Source: an uncultured Clostridia bacterium (GTDB lineage Bacteria; Bacillota; Clostridia; TANB77; UBA1234). Taken from it: DNA of 64,000 nt. The notes under the pieces are model-generated. The model ran no database searches. It saw only the letters and a list, made by a program, of their open reading frames with translations, and was not told the origin of the DNA. This document shows, piece by piece, positions 48,766-58,479 of the stretch. The DNA lies in NCBI GenBank assembly GCA_934169745.1, contig CAKPOE010000003.1, forward strand, positions 16,087 to 80,086. The letters are read 5' to 3'. How positions within the stretch are numbered: the first letter of the stretch is position 1; each line of letters begins with the position of its first letter. The position numbers and the translations under genes were made by a program.

Positions 48766-50010
48766 TTAATTAGCTTTTTCGCTCGTTTTTTGTGTGTTGT
48801 TCATCAAAGCTTTTAAATATGCTACACGTTCATCTTTTTGTGTTTGAATTTCTTCTGTCAAAGCCGCTTTTACTTTTTCTGCATTTCCGTTTTCTTCAGT
48901 AATTGTTGTATCTGCCATATTTATTCTTTGAGCTAGAATTGCTTCTGTATCAAAGTTTGCTTTTACTTCTTCTAAGATGTTTGGATTAGCTTTGATAATA
49001 TTTAGAACATTTTCTTTTACAGGATAAGTTCTCGCAATCTGCTTATCGTTCACAACAATTTTATGTTTATACATATTTAATACAGTTTCATTCTTTTCGT
49101 TTACTGCTTTTTCAATGTCTTCAACTTCATCTTTTGATAAATCAACTAATCTAACTATATCATCAAAAGATAAATCAGCTCTTGTAACTTTTATTCCATC
49201 TTTTAATGTTGTAAGTTCATCTTCAGTTGCTTCTGGGTTTGTTTGTAAATATGCGTCCCTTGCTTCGTTAAATCTTGTCTCGGTTAAATTTGCAATCAAA
49301 CTTGAAACGGCATTATTATATTTTGCAACGTAATCAACTTCTCTATACTCAAATAATTGATTTGCAGGATCAACATATTTGTTAGCATATAATTTTGTTC
49401 CATCTAATATGTATGCTTCAATAATTGCACTACCAACTGTCAAGATTTCATCTTCTGTTAATCTTATAAATATTGTATTATTTGAATATGCTTCTACCTT
49501 CTTACCAATCAACACACTGTAATCCTCTCCTGATGGAAATCTTACACGTACGTCTATGTAATCGTTCTCAACCAAATCACTTGGCAAAGTAATCATATTA
49601 AATTCTTGAAGTCTTAAATCGATTGTTGGTTCTTTGTCTTCTTCATAGAACATAGCTTCCGAAAGAATCGTATTCTTTCTAGCATTTATCTTTAATCTTC
49701 TACCAACCAAATCCTTCAAGCCTTTTACTTTTTTGGCTGGATCAGCTTTTTCTTCATATGAATCAAGCGGAGCACTAACACTCTTTACTCCGGCTAACTC
49801 TACATCATCAGCTGTTATTACAGAATTTGCAACTCTATCTTCTTTTAGAACATATCTGTTTACTACTTCGCTTTGCTTTTTTAAGTCTTCAATCTCGCCT
49901 CTGTAATTCTTTACAAGAATAAAACCTAGTACACCTAAAACAACAATTGGAATTAAACAAGAAATTACAGCTGTAAGCACAACCTTTCTCTTCATTGGTC
50001 CTACTAACAT
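48766..50010 (-). CDS. CpaB/RcpC-like Flp-pilus assembly protein (N-terminal TM + SAF-like domain)
   Basis: Start placed at M12 (MLVGPMKRK), which has an AGGAGAGG RBS. TM followed by the SAF-like stretch VANSVITADDVELAGV. Confidence 0.5.
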   Translation of the reverse strand: MLVGPMKRKVVLTAVISCLIPIVVLGVLGFILVKNYRGEIEDLKKQSEVVNRYVLKEDRVANSVITADDVELAGVKSVSAPLDSYEEKADPAKKVKGLKDLVGRRLKINARKNTILSEAMFYEEDKEPTIDLRLQEFNMITLPSDLVENDYIDVRVRFPSGEDYSVLIGKKVEAYSNNTIFIRLTEDEILTVGSAIIEAYILDGTKLYANKYVDPANQLFEYREVDYVAKYNNAVSSLIANLTETRFNEARDAYLQTNPEATEDELTTLKDGIKVTRADLSFDDIVRLVDLSKDEVEDIEKAVNEKNETVLNMYKHKIVVNDKQIARTYPVKENVLNIIKANPNILEEVKANFDTEAILAQRINMADTTITEENGNAEKVKAALTEEIQTQKDERVAYLKALMNNTQKTSEKAN

Positions 50011-50054
50011 AATATCATCCTCTCCTCTTCTTTGCATACTCATTCCTATAAATT

Positions 50055-50083
50055 ATAATAACATATGCCACCCCTCTCTTCAA
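50055..50083 (-). promoter_or_regulatory. Candidate sigma-A promoter of the Tad-like operon (TTGAAG-17-TATTAT on the minus strand)
   Basis: Reverse complement of 50078-50083 is TTGAAG; of 50055-50060 is TATTAT; spacer 17. Confidence 0.4.
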
Positions 50084-50108
50084 CAAAAGAAGACACATTT
50101 AATCAAAA

Positions 50109-50137
50109 TGTAACATCTTTGTAACAAAAATGTAACA
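50109..50137. promoter_or_regulatory. Three direct TGTAACA repeats at 11-bp spacing upstream of the Tad-like operon promoter
   Basis: TGTAACA at 50109, 50120 and 50131, phased at one helical turn. Confidence 0.4.
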
Positions 50138-50142
50138 AAAAG

Positions 50143-50175
50143 AAAACGCTGTAAGCTCAATACTTACAACGTTTT
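50143..50175 (-). terminator. Hairpin/terminator after the A2M-like gene
   Basis: aaaacgctgtaag / ctcaata / cttacaacgtttt is a 12/13-bp stem followed by a T-rich run on the minus strand. Confidence 0.5.
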
Positions 50176-50199
50176 CTTCTATAGGAAAAAATATGATAA

Positions 50200-53100
50200 T
50201 TACATAATATTTGGCATTAAATAATCAATTATTTTGTCATCCATATCTTTTAATATTACTCCATCAGAAATATACTCTCCTTCACTTGTTACAATTGCTT
50301 CATACTCTACATATTGATTTGTAGTTCCTGAGGTATATACATAAAAGTACAATTTCTGTCCATCCTTTCTATATGGAGTTTTTACGACATTTTCATCATA
50401 CGCATATTTATCTCCTTCAGTAAGTTTCATAGAGTTTGGCAATACATCTTCAATAACATAAGCCACATCATCAGTCGATAGTTTACTATAGTCTATATTT
50501 ATTTTTACTGTTACTATATCACCAATATTAGCAGTACTAATATCTTTTCCATTGATTGTATAAGTTTTTCTTAATATTCCTTTTGAATTTTTTTCGTCCG
50601 GTTTAATTATTTCTGTTCTTCTATACTTAGTACCAATATTGTCAGTTGCTGATTTCACGTAAACCTCGTCTTTGTACGTTACACTATAAGGAATAACTTC
50701 AATACCATTTACGCTTATTTCTTTTTCTTCGCCATTTACATTCAAAATCACTTTTCCATTCTCAACAGAATTTTGTATCTCGTTTTGAATTCTAAATAGT
50801 TTTACAAAATTAGAATATTCCGTCCCTCTATTAAGAGATTTGTATTTTTCATATATACTCGTTCTATTTGTGTTATTAAGCTTAAAGCTTAGCATTGATG
50901 TGTATTCAATCATTTCACTTGTGTAACTCAATGATGTTGTATCATACATGTCACAAATTCTAGTTGCGCTTTCATACTCTCCTATATCAGCATAAGAAAG
51001 AGCAAGTATTAAGAATTCATACTTATCCTCTTCAAATTTAAGATTTTTTTCTATTTCTCTTAAATCCTTTAATACCGGTTCTTTAAGTGCTGCTAATCCC
51101 CAATATGCATATAACTTCTCTCTCATATCTAAATTTTCATTTGATATAACATCTTCAAAATATTTTGCTAAATTTGCGTCTCCTTTAAAATATCCTGTTG
51201 AAGCAAGTTTTGCAGATAATAGTACATCTGAACTTGAAACGCCCAACAACGATAGTCCATGAATTGTATCAAACTCTTCACTTTTAGCAGTAGTTTTTTC
51301 ATTAGACAATTTTCTTAATATATTATCTGCCAAATAAGAAATAACCTTTTGGTCGTTTCTCACTTTTGGCATATATGTTAAATAAAACAAATCATCTAAT
51401 ATGTTGCTAATATCTTTATTTGAAAAATACAATGTTGCAACACCTTTATCAACACTTATTTTTTCGTTTGCTTTCAATTCAAAATTAGTTGATATAACCG
51501 CTTCTTGAAAAGTATCAACAACTTGAATGTTCTTCTTTATTGCATCAGTTCTTCCATTACTTTCTGCTTTTATAACTATTTCATACGTTCCACTATTTAA
51601 TTTTCCTAATGATACGTTAGCATATTTTCCAACATTAGATTCTACATTTAATACATTTTTTTGTCCGTTAGGAGATGTTATCTCTATTGTATACTTGATC
51701 TCATCATTTACTTTTGTTGCATTACCGTTACATCTAATATTTATTGATGGCGTTTCTCCTGTTAGATATTTGTCATTTGAAATAGCTGTTACAAAGAATG
51801 GCAAAGTTACTTTTAAATCTTTATCTAATTGCACTGCTTTATAATCCTTTATAGTAGCTTGTGCACTGACGTTCCAAGTTGTAACATTGTCAGGTAGTTT
51901 TAATTCTATTTCTGCTTCTCCATTATCATTTGTATATACAGTTTCGAAGAAAGCAGTAGTAGCAAATTTTGAACGGATTTCGCCATCTCCTCCTCCGCCA
52001 CCACCAGCGAACGTTTCAGCAATTACTGTGTGCGTTAGATTTTTTATATTGTCGTTAAAGTAATAACTATTGTAAAGAGCATTTAATATGTTTGTATCAT
52101 TTGCATTGGCTGCCAAATATTCTTTATTTACAGCGCTTAAGTTCACAACTGCTTTTATTGGTTTGCCATCACTCTTTGTAGTTACTTTTATTTTTATTAT
52201 ATCCCCCGGCTTATATTCTGCTTTATCAAATTTTATATCAACATCCATTTTTAATTCTTCTTTAGAAAGAGAATATTCATTTTCAAAAGAATAATAATAG
52301 TCTCCGATTTCTCTTATTGCAACTCCGTCAAACACATATCCTTTTATAACAAGATTTGCTCCATATTTCTTGTCGAACCTCAATCTATAATTAGTATCTT
52401 TTGTTGTAATAACATCTATACCATTTGATGATTTCACTAAATATAGAATATATGGTGTACCAGTTAGTTCACCATTAATTTTTTGAAGTTCCAATGTAAT
52501 GTCATCATTTACTTTATACTTGTCTCTAAATGTATAATCATTATCATTAATAATATAATTTCCCATAAATACTTCTGATGTGCTCTTCGCTTCTTCATCC
52601 AAGTAAGCACCATACGAGTATTGCATACTTATAAATTTGTTGTCTTTTTCAGAACTCATGAATGCTCTATATTCCAAATATCCCTCAGAGTTATCCTTGT
52701 ATGGACTTATGTATGCACACATAGCTTTTCCGTTTGTCGTTGTATATTCAATTTTATCATTTCCATCAAAAACACGGTTTACTTTATAATTATATTTCGT
52801 TGTTTTTGTATTCTCATCATAATAAGAAGAAACAACTTCTTTTTCATATTTATATTTTTCTATTTCTATATAACCGCTTCTATTGGTTGGTACTCCTTGC
52901 TTTACATCATTCATATCAGAAAAGTCATAAAGGAACGTGTCTATATCAAATAGTACAGTGTTATCTTGTTTGCTATATTTATACACAACATTAAAACTTT
53001 CTTCATTAGGATAAACCGTGAAATACTTTATAATACTGTCTTGATCTTCTATTCCTTTAGCCTTTATTGCAATTTGCCCATAGAATGGTCTGTTATATGG

Positions 53101-54930
53101 ATGTAAATAATTTGTATTAATCTCAAATGTACACTTGCCATTCTCATCAAGTGTTATATTTCTCTCAACATTTTCATTATTTAGTATGTAAACAAATTTA
53201 GTACTTGTTAAAGGGCTTCCATCAAACAGTTTTGCTGTGACGGTACAAGTTATATTTTCGCTACTCTTCACCGATGTCTTATCCAACTCTACATTTACAT
53301 CATATGAATTCGTATCATAATCTTTTATTTCAAAAGAATCTCTAGCCTGACATTTTCCATTTACATACACGCATACATCATAATAGCCACTAGTATAATT
53401 TTCTACATTAAATGTAGTTTCAAAAGTTTTAAATTCATCTAAAGAAACATTTTTTTCTTCAATCACCGTATCAGACCATAAAGGTGTTACTTTTAATATT
53501 ACTTCTTTAAATTCTCTTCCTTTTCTGTCTTTTACAAATCCCCACAAGTGAATTTCTTCATCTGGTTTAAATGTCTTTCTATCTAATCTTGTATAAACAT
53601 TTATATACTCATCCGTATTTGATTTATTATCTTCGTTATGTATAACACTATATAACGTTTCTCTACCGTCTATATAAATCTCTTCTGTCAAATATCGGGT
53701 AGACTTTATATCTATATCATTTATATACAAATACCCTTCAGCATTTGTAACACCAACTTCTTTTCCATCGATTTTAATTTTAGCATTTCCTAGTGGCGCG
53801 CTATTTGCTAAGTCATTGACCCATACTAGCAAATCATTATCCACATACTCGGTTAATGCTGTGATGTTATTTATTTGAAGCGGTATATAATATTCAGTGC
53901 CATTTATTCTTACTACCAGCATATAATAACCAAGAGCTAATTTTGTTTTTATTGGTAATATGTAATTCCAAGATGAATCTATAATTTCTTCTTTAGATAT
54001 AGTTTCTTCAGAAATCTTTGCTAGTGATGTTAAATCTACTTTTTTCAAGATAGACTTATTTCCAAATTCCTTCTTTGCTTTTAAATCTTCTAAGAATTGT
54101 TTGCCACTTTCGTATTGATAAATTGACACATTATACTTATCAACTTCATTTGTATATAGTTTCAAATATATAGGCTTATTTTCAGAATACCCATATTCTG
54201 TATCAACAAAGTCAATATATTCATTTTTTTCTATATCGTCAGCAGAAACGTACGTTCTCAAAGCGTATTCTTTCTCAGATAATTTCTCTGTATTTTCTTT
54301 GTTTCCAAATCCAGCCCTAATATTTACAACATATGTTGTTGCATATTCTAGCCCATCATTGGGAGTAAATCTTATTTTTCTATTATCATATTCAAATTTT
54401 CCTTCAACTTTAGGTGTAATTTCAAAATAGTTTTCTATATCATCATTAGGCGTATAAGTAAATTGAATTTCTATAACTGTATGTGGAGAAACGTAGTTGG
54501 TGTTCATTTCATTTTTTTCGGCTGGATAAAAGTTTGAAACATCAAATACTTTCTGTGTTTGGAAAGACCATTTATATGGTGCCTTATCTGTTTTGTATTC
54601 AATATTATAAATTGTATTAGGTGCCAATTCTTCTTTTAGTGTTAAAGTATAATAATTATTTCTCACTTCTTTAATTTCATATTCTACACTGGGAGTTATA
54701 GAAAACGATGTCTCAACAAGTTCTTTACTTGTACTTTCGTTTGCTTCTAAATTAAATGATGTGTTAAGTGCAACCAAGTCGTTTTTCTCATTGGAAGCGG
54801 TAACTTTAAATTCCGGGTAATTCATCACTTTTTTAACATCGCCTTGATCATCTCGTATATTCATAGATATTACGAAAAATGATATAACAGCAATGATAAA
54901 AATGCTAATAATAAGTACTTTTTTGTTCAT
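50200..54930 (-). CDS. Giant N-terminally membrane-anchored alpha-2-macroglobulin-family protein (MG-domain array; no CxEQ thioester seen)
   Basis: 1576 aa. RSKFATTAFFETVYTNDNGEAEIELKLPDNVTTWNV matches the A2M RxxFxETxxW...PDxxTTW signature. Long array of beta-sandwich-like repeats and a C-terminal helical TED-like region. Confidence 0.6.
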   Translation of the reverse strand: MNKKVLIISIFIIAVISFFVISMNIRDDQGDVKKVMNYPEFKVTASNEKNDLVALNTSFNLEANESTSKELVETSFSITPSVEYEIKEVRNNYYTLTLKEELAPNTIYNIEYKTDKAPYKWSFQTQKVFDVSNFYPAEKNEMNTNYVSPHTVIEIQFTYTPNDDIENYFEITPKVEGKFEYDNRKIRFTPNDGLEYATTYVVNIRAGFGNKENTEKLSEKEYALRTYVSADDIEKNEYIDFVDTEYGYSENKPIYLKLYTNEVDKYNVSIYQYESGKQFLEDLKAKKEFGNKSILKKVDLTSLAKISEETISKEEIIDSSWNYILPIKTKLALGYYMLVVRINGTEYYIPLQINNITALTEYVDNDLLVWVNDLANSAPLGNAKIKIDGKEVGVTNAEGYLYINDIDIKSTRYLTEEIYIDGRETLYSVIHNEDNKSNTDEYINVYTRLDRKTFKPDEEIHLWGFVKDRKGREFKEVILKVTPLWSDTVIEEKNVSLDEFKTFETTFNVENYTSGYYDVCVYVNGKCQARDSFEIKDYDTNSYDVNVELDKTSVKSSENITCTVTAKLFDGSPLTSTKFVYILNNENVERNITLDENGKCTFEINTNYLHPYNRPFYGQIAIKAKGIEDQDSIIKYFTVYPNEESFNVVYKYSKQDNTVLFDIDTFLYDFSDMNDVKQGVPTNRSGYIEIEKYKYEKEVVSSYYDENTKTTKYNYKVNRVFDGNDKIEYTTTNGKAMCAYISPYKDNSEGYLEYRAFMSSEKDNKFISMQYSYGAYLDEEAKSTSEVFMGNYIINDNDYTFRDKYKVNDDITLELQKINGELTGTPYILYLVKSSNGIDVITTKDTNYRLRFDKKYGANLVIKGYVFDGVAIREIGDYYYSFENEYSLSKEELKMDVDIKFDKAEYKPGDIIKIKVTTKSDGKPIKAVVNLSAVNKEYLAANANDTNILNALYNSYYFNDNIKNLTHTVIAETFAGGGGGGDGEIRSKFATTAFFETVYTNDNGEAEIELKLPDNVTTWNVSAQATIKDYKAVQLDKDLKVTLPFFVTAISNDKYLTGETPSINIRCNGNATKVNDEIKYTIEITSPNGQKNVLNVESNVGKYANVSLGKLNSGTYEIVIKAESNGRTDAIKKNIQVVDTFQEAVISTNFELKANEKISVDKGVATLYFSNKDISNILDDLFYLTYMPKVRNDQKVISYLADNILRKLSNEKTTAKSEEFDTIHGLSLLGVSSSDVLLSAKLASTGYFKGDANLAKYFEDVISNENLDMREKLYAYWGLAALKEPVLKDLREIEKNLKFEEDKYEFLILALSYADIGEYESATRICDMYDTTSLSYTSEMIEYTSMLSFKLNNTNRTSIYEKYKSLNRGTEYSNFVKLFRIQNEIQNSVENGKVILNVNGEEKEISVNGIEVIPYSVTYKDEVYVKSATDNIGTKYRRTEIIKPDEKNSKGILRKTYTINGKDISTANIGDIVTVKINIDYSKLSTDDVAYVIEDVLPNSMKLTEGDKYAYDENVVKTPYRKDGQKLYFYVYTSGTTNQYVEYEAIVTSEGEYISDGVILKDMDDKIIDYLMPNIM

Positions 54931-55004
54931 TTTAAAAACCTCCTTCGAGAATTAAGTATATCATAAAAAAGCATTTATATAAATAATTAAATTAAAAACA
55001 GAAA

Positions 55005-55043
55005 AACGTGAATCAGAAAAAATATTTTCCGGTTCACGTTTTT
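55005..55043 (-). terminator. Terminator of the OB-fold gene
   Basis: aaaacgtgaa...ttcacgtttt is a 10-bp stem followed by a T-run on the minus strand. Confidence 0.55.
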
Positions 55044-55090
55044 TAGAGCTAATTTTGAATTACTTTTTCGGCAATCTCCTATTGTTTAGC

Positions 55091-55699
55091 TTAACTGGTA
55101 AAGCATACACTCCTTGCAGACACTTCGTAGACAGTTTCTTGTGTTGCTCTTCCGTCATAGTGCTTCTTCATAAACTGCCGTTCTTGAAGCCTTCCAATAA
55201 TCACCACATTCCCATAGGGAATCTTATCGTGAATATTTTTCACGAAGTAAGCATTGGGTCCCCATGCAATTGTAGGAATGAATTCATCCTTCCAGCTACA
55301 TGTCATAACCTGGAAGTCGAGCAGTTCTCTCAAAGAAAGTGGTGTAACACGAATTTGACCTACCTTGCGAATCTTGCCGATTAAAGAAACGATGTTTATG
55401 TCATCGCAATCTTCATCCACAATTTCTACTTGGCGTGCAAAAACACGCACAGTCCACCGGGCTACTGCCTTTCTTATGTTTTCATGCATATACAAGTTAC
55501 CAGTTACCTTAATCTTTATGCCAGCTCGTACATACGGAATATCCAAGTTCTGTACGGATACCTTCAGCAAATCGCTCTTGCCAAATGTTGCCCGCTTCAC
55601 GCGAAGTTCAATAAGCGAGTCTCCTTCTTGCCCAGGATGCAGTACAATCAACTTCTCAACGGTTCCAACGAGTTGTACATAGTTTGGCCCTTCGTACAT
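55091..55699 (-). CDS. Tandem double OB-fold (SSB-like) protein; elevated GC
   Basis: 202 aa. Two consecutive about 95-aa segments each follow the SSB-like pattern (VxLVGxV...G-rich loops...VxV). Its own TTGACA-17-TATTAT promoter lies at about 55735-55765 on the minus strand. GC about 43%. Confidence 0.4.
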   Translation of the reverse strand: MYEGPNYVQLVGTVEKLIVLHPGQEGDSLIELRVKRATFGKSDLLKVSVQNLDIPYVRAGIKIKVTGNLYMHENIRKAVARWTVRVFARQVEIVDEDCDDINIVSLIGKIRKVGQIRVTPLSLRELLDFQVMTCSWKDEFIPTIAWGPNAYFVKNIHDKIPYGNVVIIGRLQERQFMKKHYDGRATQETVYEVSARSVCFTS

Positions 55700-55782
55700 A
55701 TCGAATAGCCTCCTTTTGTTTACTTTGTATCCGACAATATAATATCACACTTGCTAAATTATGTCAACAATATTAAGAACTT

Positions 55783-57006
55783 TTATCGACGTCCCAGCGT
55801 AAACCACAAATCTACTATTTCATTATTAAAATCTATTACATTTTTTCTATCAATTTTCTCGTTTGTCATTAAGCTAACTCTAGCTATTTCTTCATCATTT
55901 AATTTATAGACTATTTCACCCACTTTATCATTGTATTCTAATGGAGCAGAGATTTTTTCTTGCATTATAGTCTCTGTTAAAATCTCATTTCCGCTTCCTT
56001 TTCCAACCAAAGCATATTTATCTTCTCCAATTATTATTTCGGCCTCTTTTTTCTTAGCTTTTTCAATTGGTATCTTCGTTAGTATGTCTCCACGCTTGCA
56101 AAGTTGCTTAGAGGAATAATTTGCAAAGCCATAATCAAGTAAGGTTTTTGCATCATCAAATCTTTTTTGCGAATTTTCTCCTTTCATTACAACCGCAATT
56201 AATTTTAAATCATTTCTTGTTGCTGTTGCTGATAAATTAAAACCTGCAAGTGAAGTAGAACCCGTTTTCAAGCCTGTACAGCCAGAATAAAATCTAACCA
56301 ATTTATTTGTATTTACAAGTTGAGATTTACCATCCCTAAGTGTATCCATCCAAATTTTTGTATATTCATGAATTTTTGGATGTTTTTTGCTAAGTTCTCT
56401 ACTTAATATTGCAATATCATAGGCAGATGTTAAATGCCCCTCTTCATCTATTCCGTGTGAATTTTTGTATGTAGTATCATTCATTCCTAATTCTTTTGCT
56501 CTCGCATTCATTTTTTCAACAAAAGCTTCTTCACTGCCTGATAAAAATTCTGCCATCGCAACAGTACAGTCATTTGCGCTAACAACGCATATAGCTTTTA
56601 ACATTTCATGTACCGTAAGTTCTTCTGTCTGGTCAAGCCAAATTTGAGAACCACCCATCGAATTTGCTTTTGCACTACATGGAACTTTGTCGTTTAAAGT
56701 TATCTTTCCTTCATCTAATGCTTCCATAATTAATAATAAAGTCATTACTTTAGTTACACTTGCCGGCCTAAGTTTTGTATGTTCATTCTTCGTGTACAGT
56801 ATAGTTCCAGTGTCTTCTTCTATAAGTATTGCCGATTCAACGCTCAAATTTAAATTCGCTTTATTTTCTATTTTTGCAAAAGTCGGAGTAGCTTCACTCC
56901 AAACTGGAAAATCTTCCGAATAAGCATAAATAACTGTTGCAGACAAGTTAGATAATATGCATATAATTAGTACGCTAATTATACCCTTTTTCATAATATA
57001 AAACAC
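55783..57006 (-). CDS. D-alanyl-D-alanine carboxypeptidase (serine-type, PBP5/DacF-like)
   Basis: 407 aa. Signal peptide; SVTKVMT active-site motif; SAND-like and KTG motifs. Confidence 0.85.
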   Translation of the reverse strand: MFYIMKKGIISVLIICILSNLSATVIYAYSEDFPVWSEATPTFAKIENKANLNLSVESAILIEEDTGTILYTKNEHTKLRPASVTKVMTLLLIMEALDEGKITLNDKVPCSAKANSMGGSQIWLDQTEELTVHEMLKAICVVSANDCTVAMAEFLSGSEEAFVEKMNARAKELGMNDTTYKNSHGIDEEGHLTSAYDIAILSRELSKKHPKIHEYTKIWMDTLRDGKSQLVNTNKLVRFYSGCTGLKTGSTSLAGFNLSATATRNDLKLIAVVMKGENSQKRFDDAKTLLDYGFANYSSKQLCKRGDILTKIPIEKAKKKEAEIIIGEDKYALVGKGSGNEILTETIMQEKISAPLEYNDKVGEIVYKLNDEEIARVSLMTNEKIDRKNVIDFNNEIVDLWFTLGRR

Positions 57007-57069
57007 CTCCTAGTAATTTATATTTACCGTGGAGGTGTTTTATGATTTTATATGTTATTATTCAAATAA

Positions 57070-58356
57070 CTATGGTGTAAGTCTATTTGGTCCTCTGAAT
57101 AAGAATTCAACTTCCTTAATTGTTTGATCTGTTAAAAGCATCGTTAATCTATCTACTCCTAAACCAAATCCGCCATGTGGAGGGCAACCATATTTAAAGA
57201 ACTCAAGATAGAATTTAACATCATCTTGTAATCCTTTCTCTTCTGCTTGTGCTTTCAAAATTTCATATCTATGTTCTCTTTGTGCACCAGTAGTAATTTC
57301 TACTCCATTCCAAATTAAATCATATCCCTGAGGAATGTCGTTCTTTCTCATATGATAGAAAGCTCTCTTATCCTTTGGATAATCTGTAACAAATAAAAAT
57401 TCGTGTCCATAAGTATCCATAGAATATTGCTTGCATAATCTTTCTGCTTCTGTTGTTAAGTCATTCATCTCACTTGCAGGAACTTCAAAACCATATTTCT
57501 CTTTTAAAGCTACATACAAATCAGCAAGTTTAATTCTTGGAAATGGAAGTGTTGGAACTACAACTTCTTTTCCAAATGTCTCTTTTATTCTTTCACCATA
57601 TTTCTCTTTTAATTTTCCTAATGCATACGTTAGCATTTCTTCTTCAAATTTCATAACGTCTTCATAAGATTCAATATAGCTCATTTCTATATCAAAACCT
57701 GTGAATTCTGTTGCATGTTTATTTGTGTAAGATTTTTCAGCTCTAAACACAGGTCCAACTTCAAATATTCCTTCAAATCCACTGGCCATAGCCATTTGCT
57801 TATAGAATTGAGGGCTTTGTGCCAAATATGCCTTTCCTTCGAAATACTGTACTTCGAATACATCTGAACCGCTCTCACTAGCAGCACCAATAAGCTTTGG
57901 TGTATGTATTTCTATAAAGTTACGTGATAGCGCAAATTCTCTAAACGAATTTACCATTTCTGTTTGCATTTGGAACATTAATTGATTTTTTTCTGTTCTC
58001 AAATCAATCCATCTATAATCAAGTCTTGTATCTATATTTGCATCTGGTCCTAAAGGAAGTGCTTCTGCTCTTGATTCTACTGTTAATCTTTCAGGAAGCA
58101 TTTCTATTCCGCCCATTTTTACAAAGTCATTTGCAAGAACAGGTCCTTCTGCAGTAATAACTGAGTGTGGAAGTAAGCCAGCAATTGCCTCTGCAATTTC
58201 AGGATGTTTTTCTTTTTCAATTGTTACTTGTAGTTTTCCAGTAATGTCTCTAATTACTATAAATGCCATTGTTTTCTTGTCTCTAATGTTCTCAATAAAG
58301 CCTTGAACTTTATTTTCTTCTCCAACCTTGACATCTTTAACGTAAGTTCTTTTCAT
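57070..58356 (-). CDS. Class IIb aminoacyl-tRNA synthetase: archaeal-type aspartate--tRNA ligase or asparagine--tRNA ligase
   Basis: 428 aa. N-terminal OB anticodon-binding domain. Class II motifs including GGFGLGVDRLTMLL at the C-terminus. AsnRS versus AspRS cannot be resolved by eye. Confidence 0.65.
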   Translation of the reverse strand: MKRTYVKDVKVGEENKVQGFIENIRDKKTMAFIVIRDITGKLQVTIEKEKHPEIAEAIAGLLPHSVITAEGPVLANDFVKMGGIEMLPERLTVESRAEALPLGPDANIDTRLDYRWIDLRTEKNQLMFQMQTEMVNSFREFALSRNFIEIHTPKLIGAASESGSDVFEVQYFEGKAYLAQSPQFYKQMAMASGFEGIFEVGPVFRAEKSYTNKHATEFTGFDIEMSYIESYEDVMKFEEEMLTYALGKLKEKYGERIKETFGKEVVVPTLPFPRIKLADLYVALKEKYGFEVPASEMNDLTTEAERLCKQYSMDTYGHEFLFVTDYPKDKRAFYHMRKNDIPQGYDLIWNGVEITTGAQREHRYEILKAQAEEKGLQDDVKFYLEFFKYGCPPHGGFGLGVDRLTMLLTDQTIKEVEFLFRGPNRLTP

Positions 58357-58479
58357 AAAATTTCCTCCCTTTATTTGCTAAAAAATTCTTTTATATCATT
58401 AAACATTGTTTTGATAACATTCACTATACTATCTAAGATATCTTTAAATAAACCACTCTCATTATAAAGTTCCTTAATC

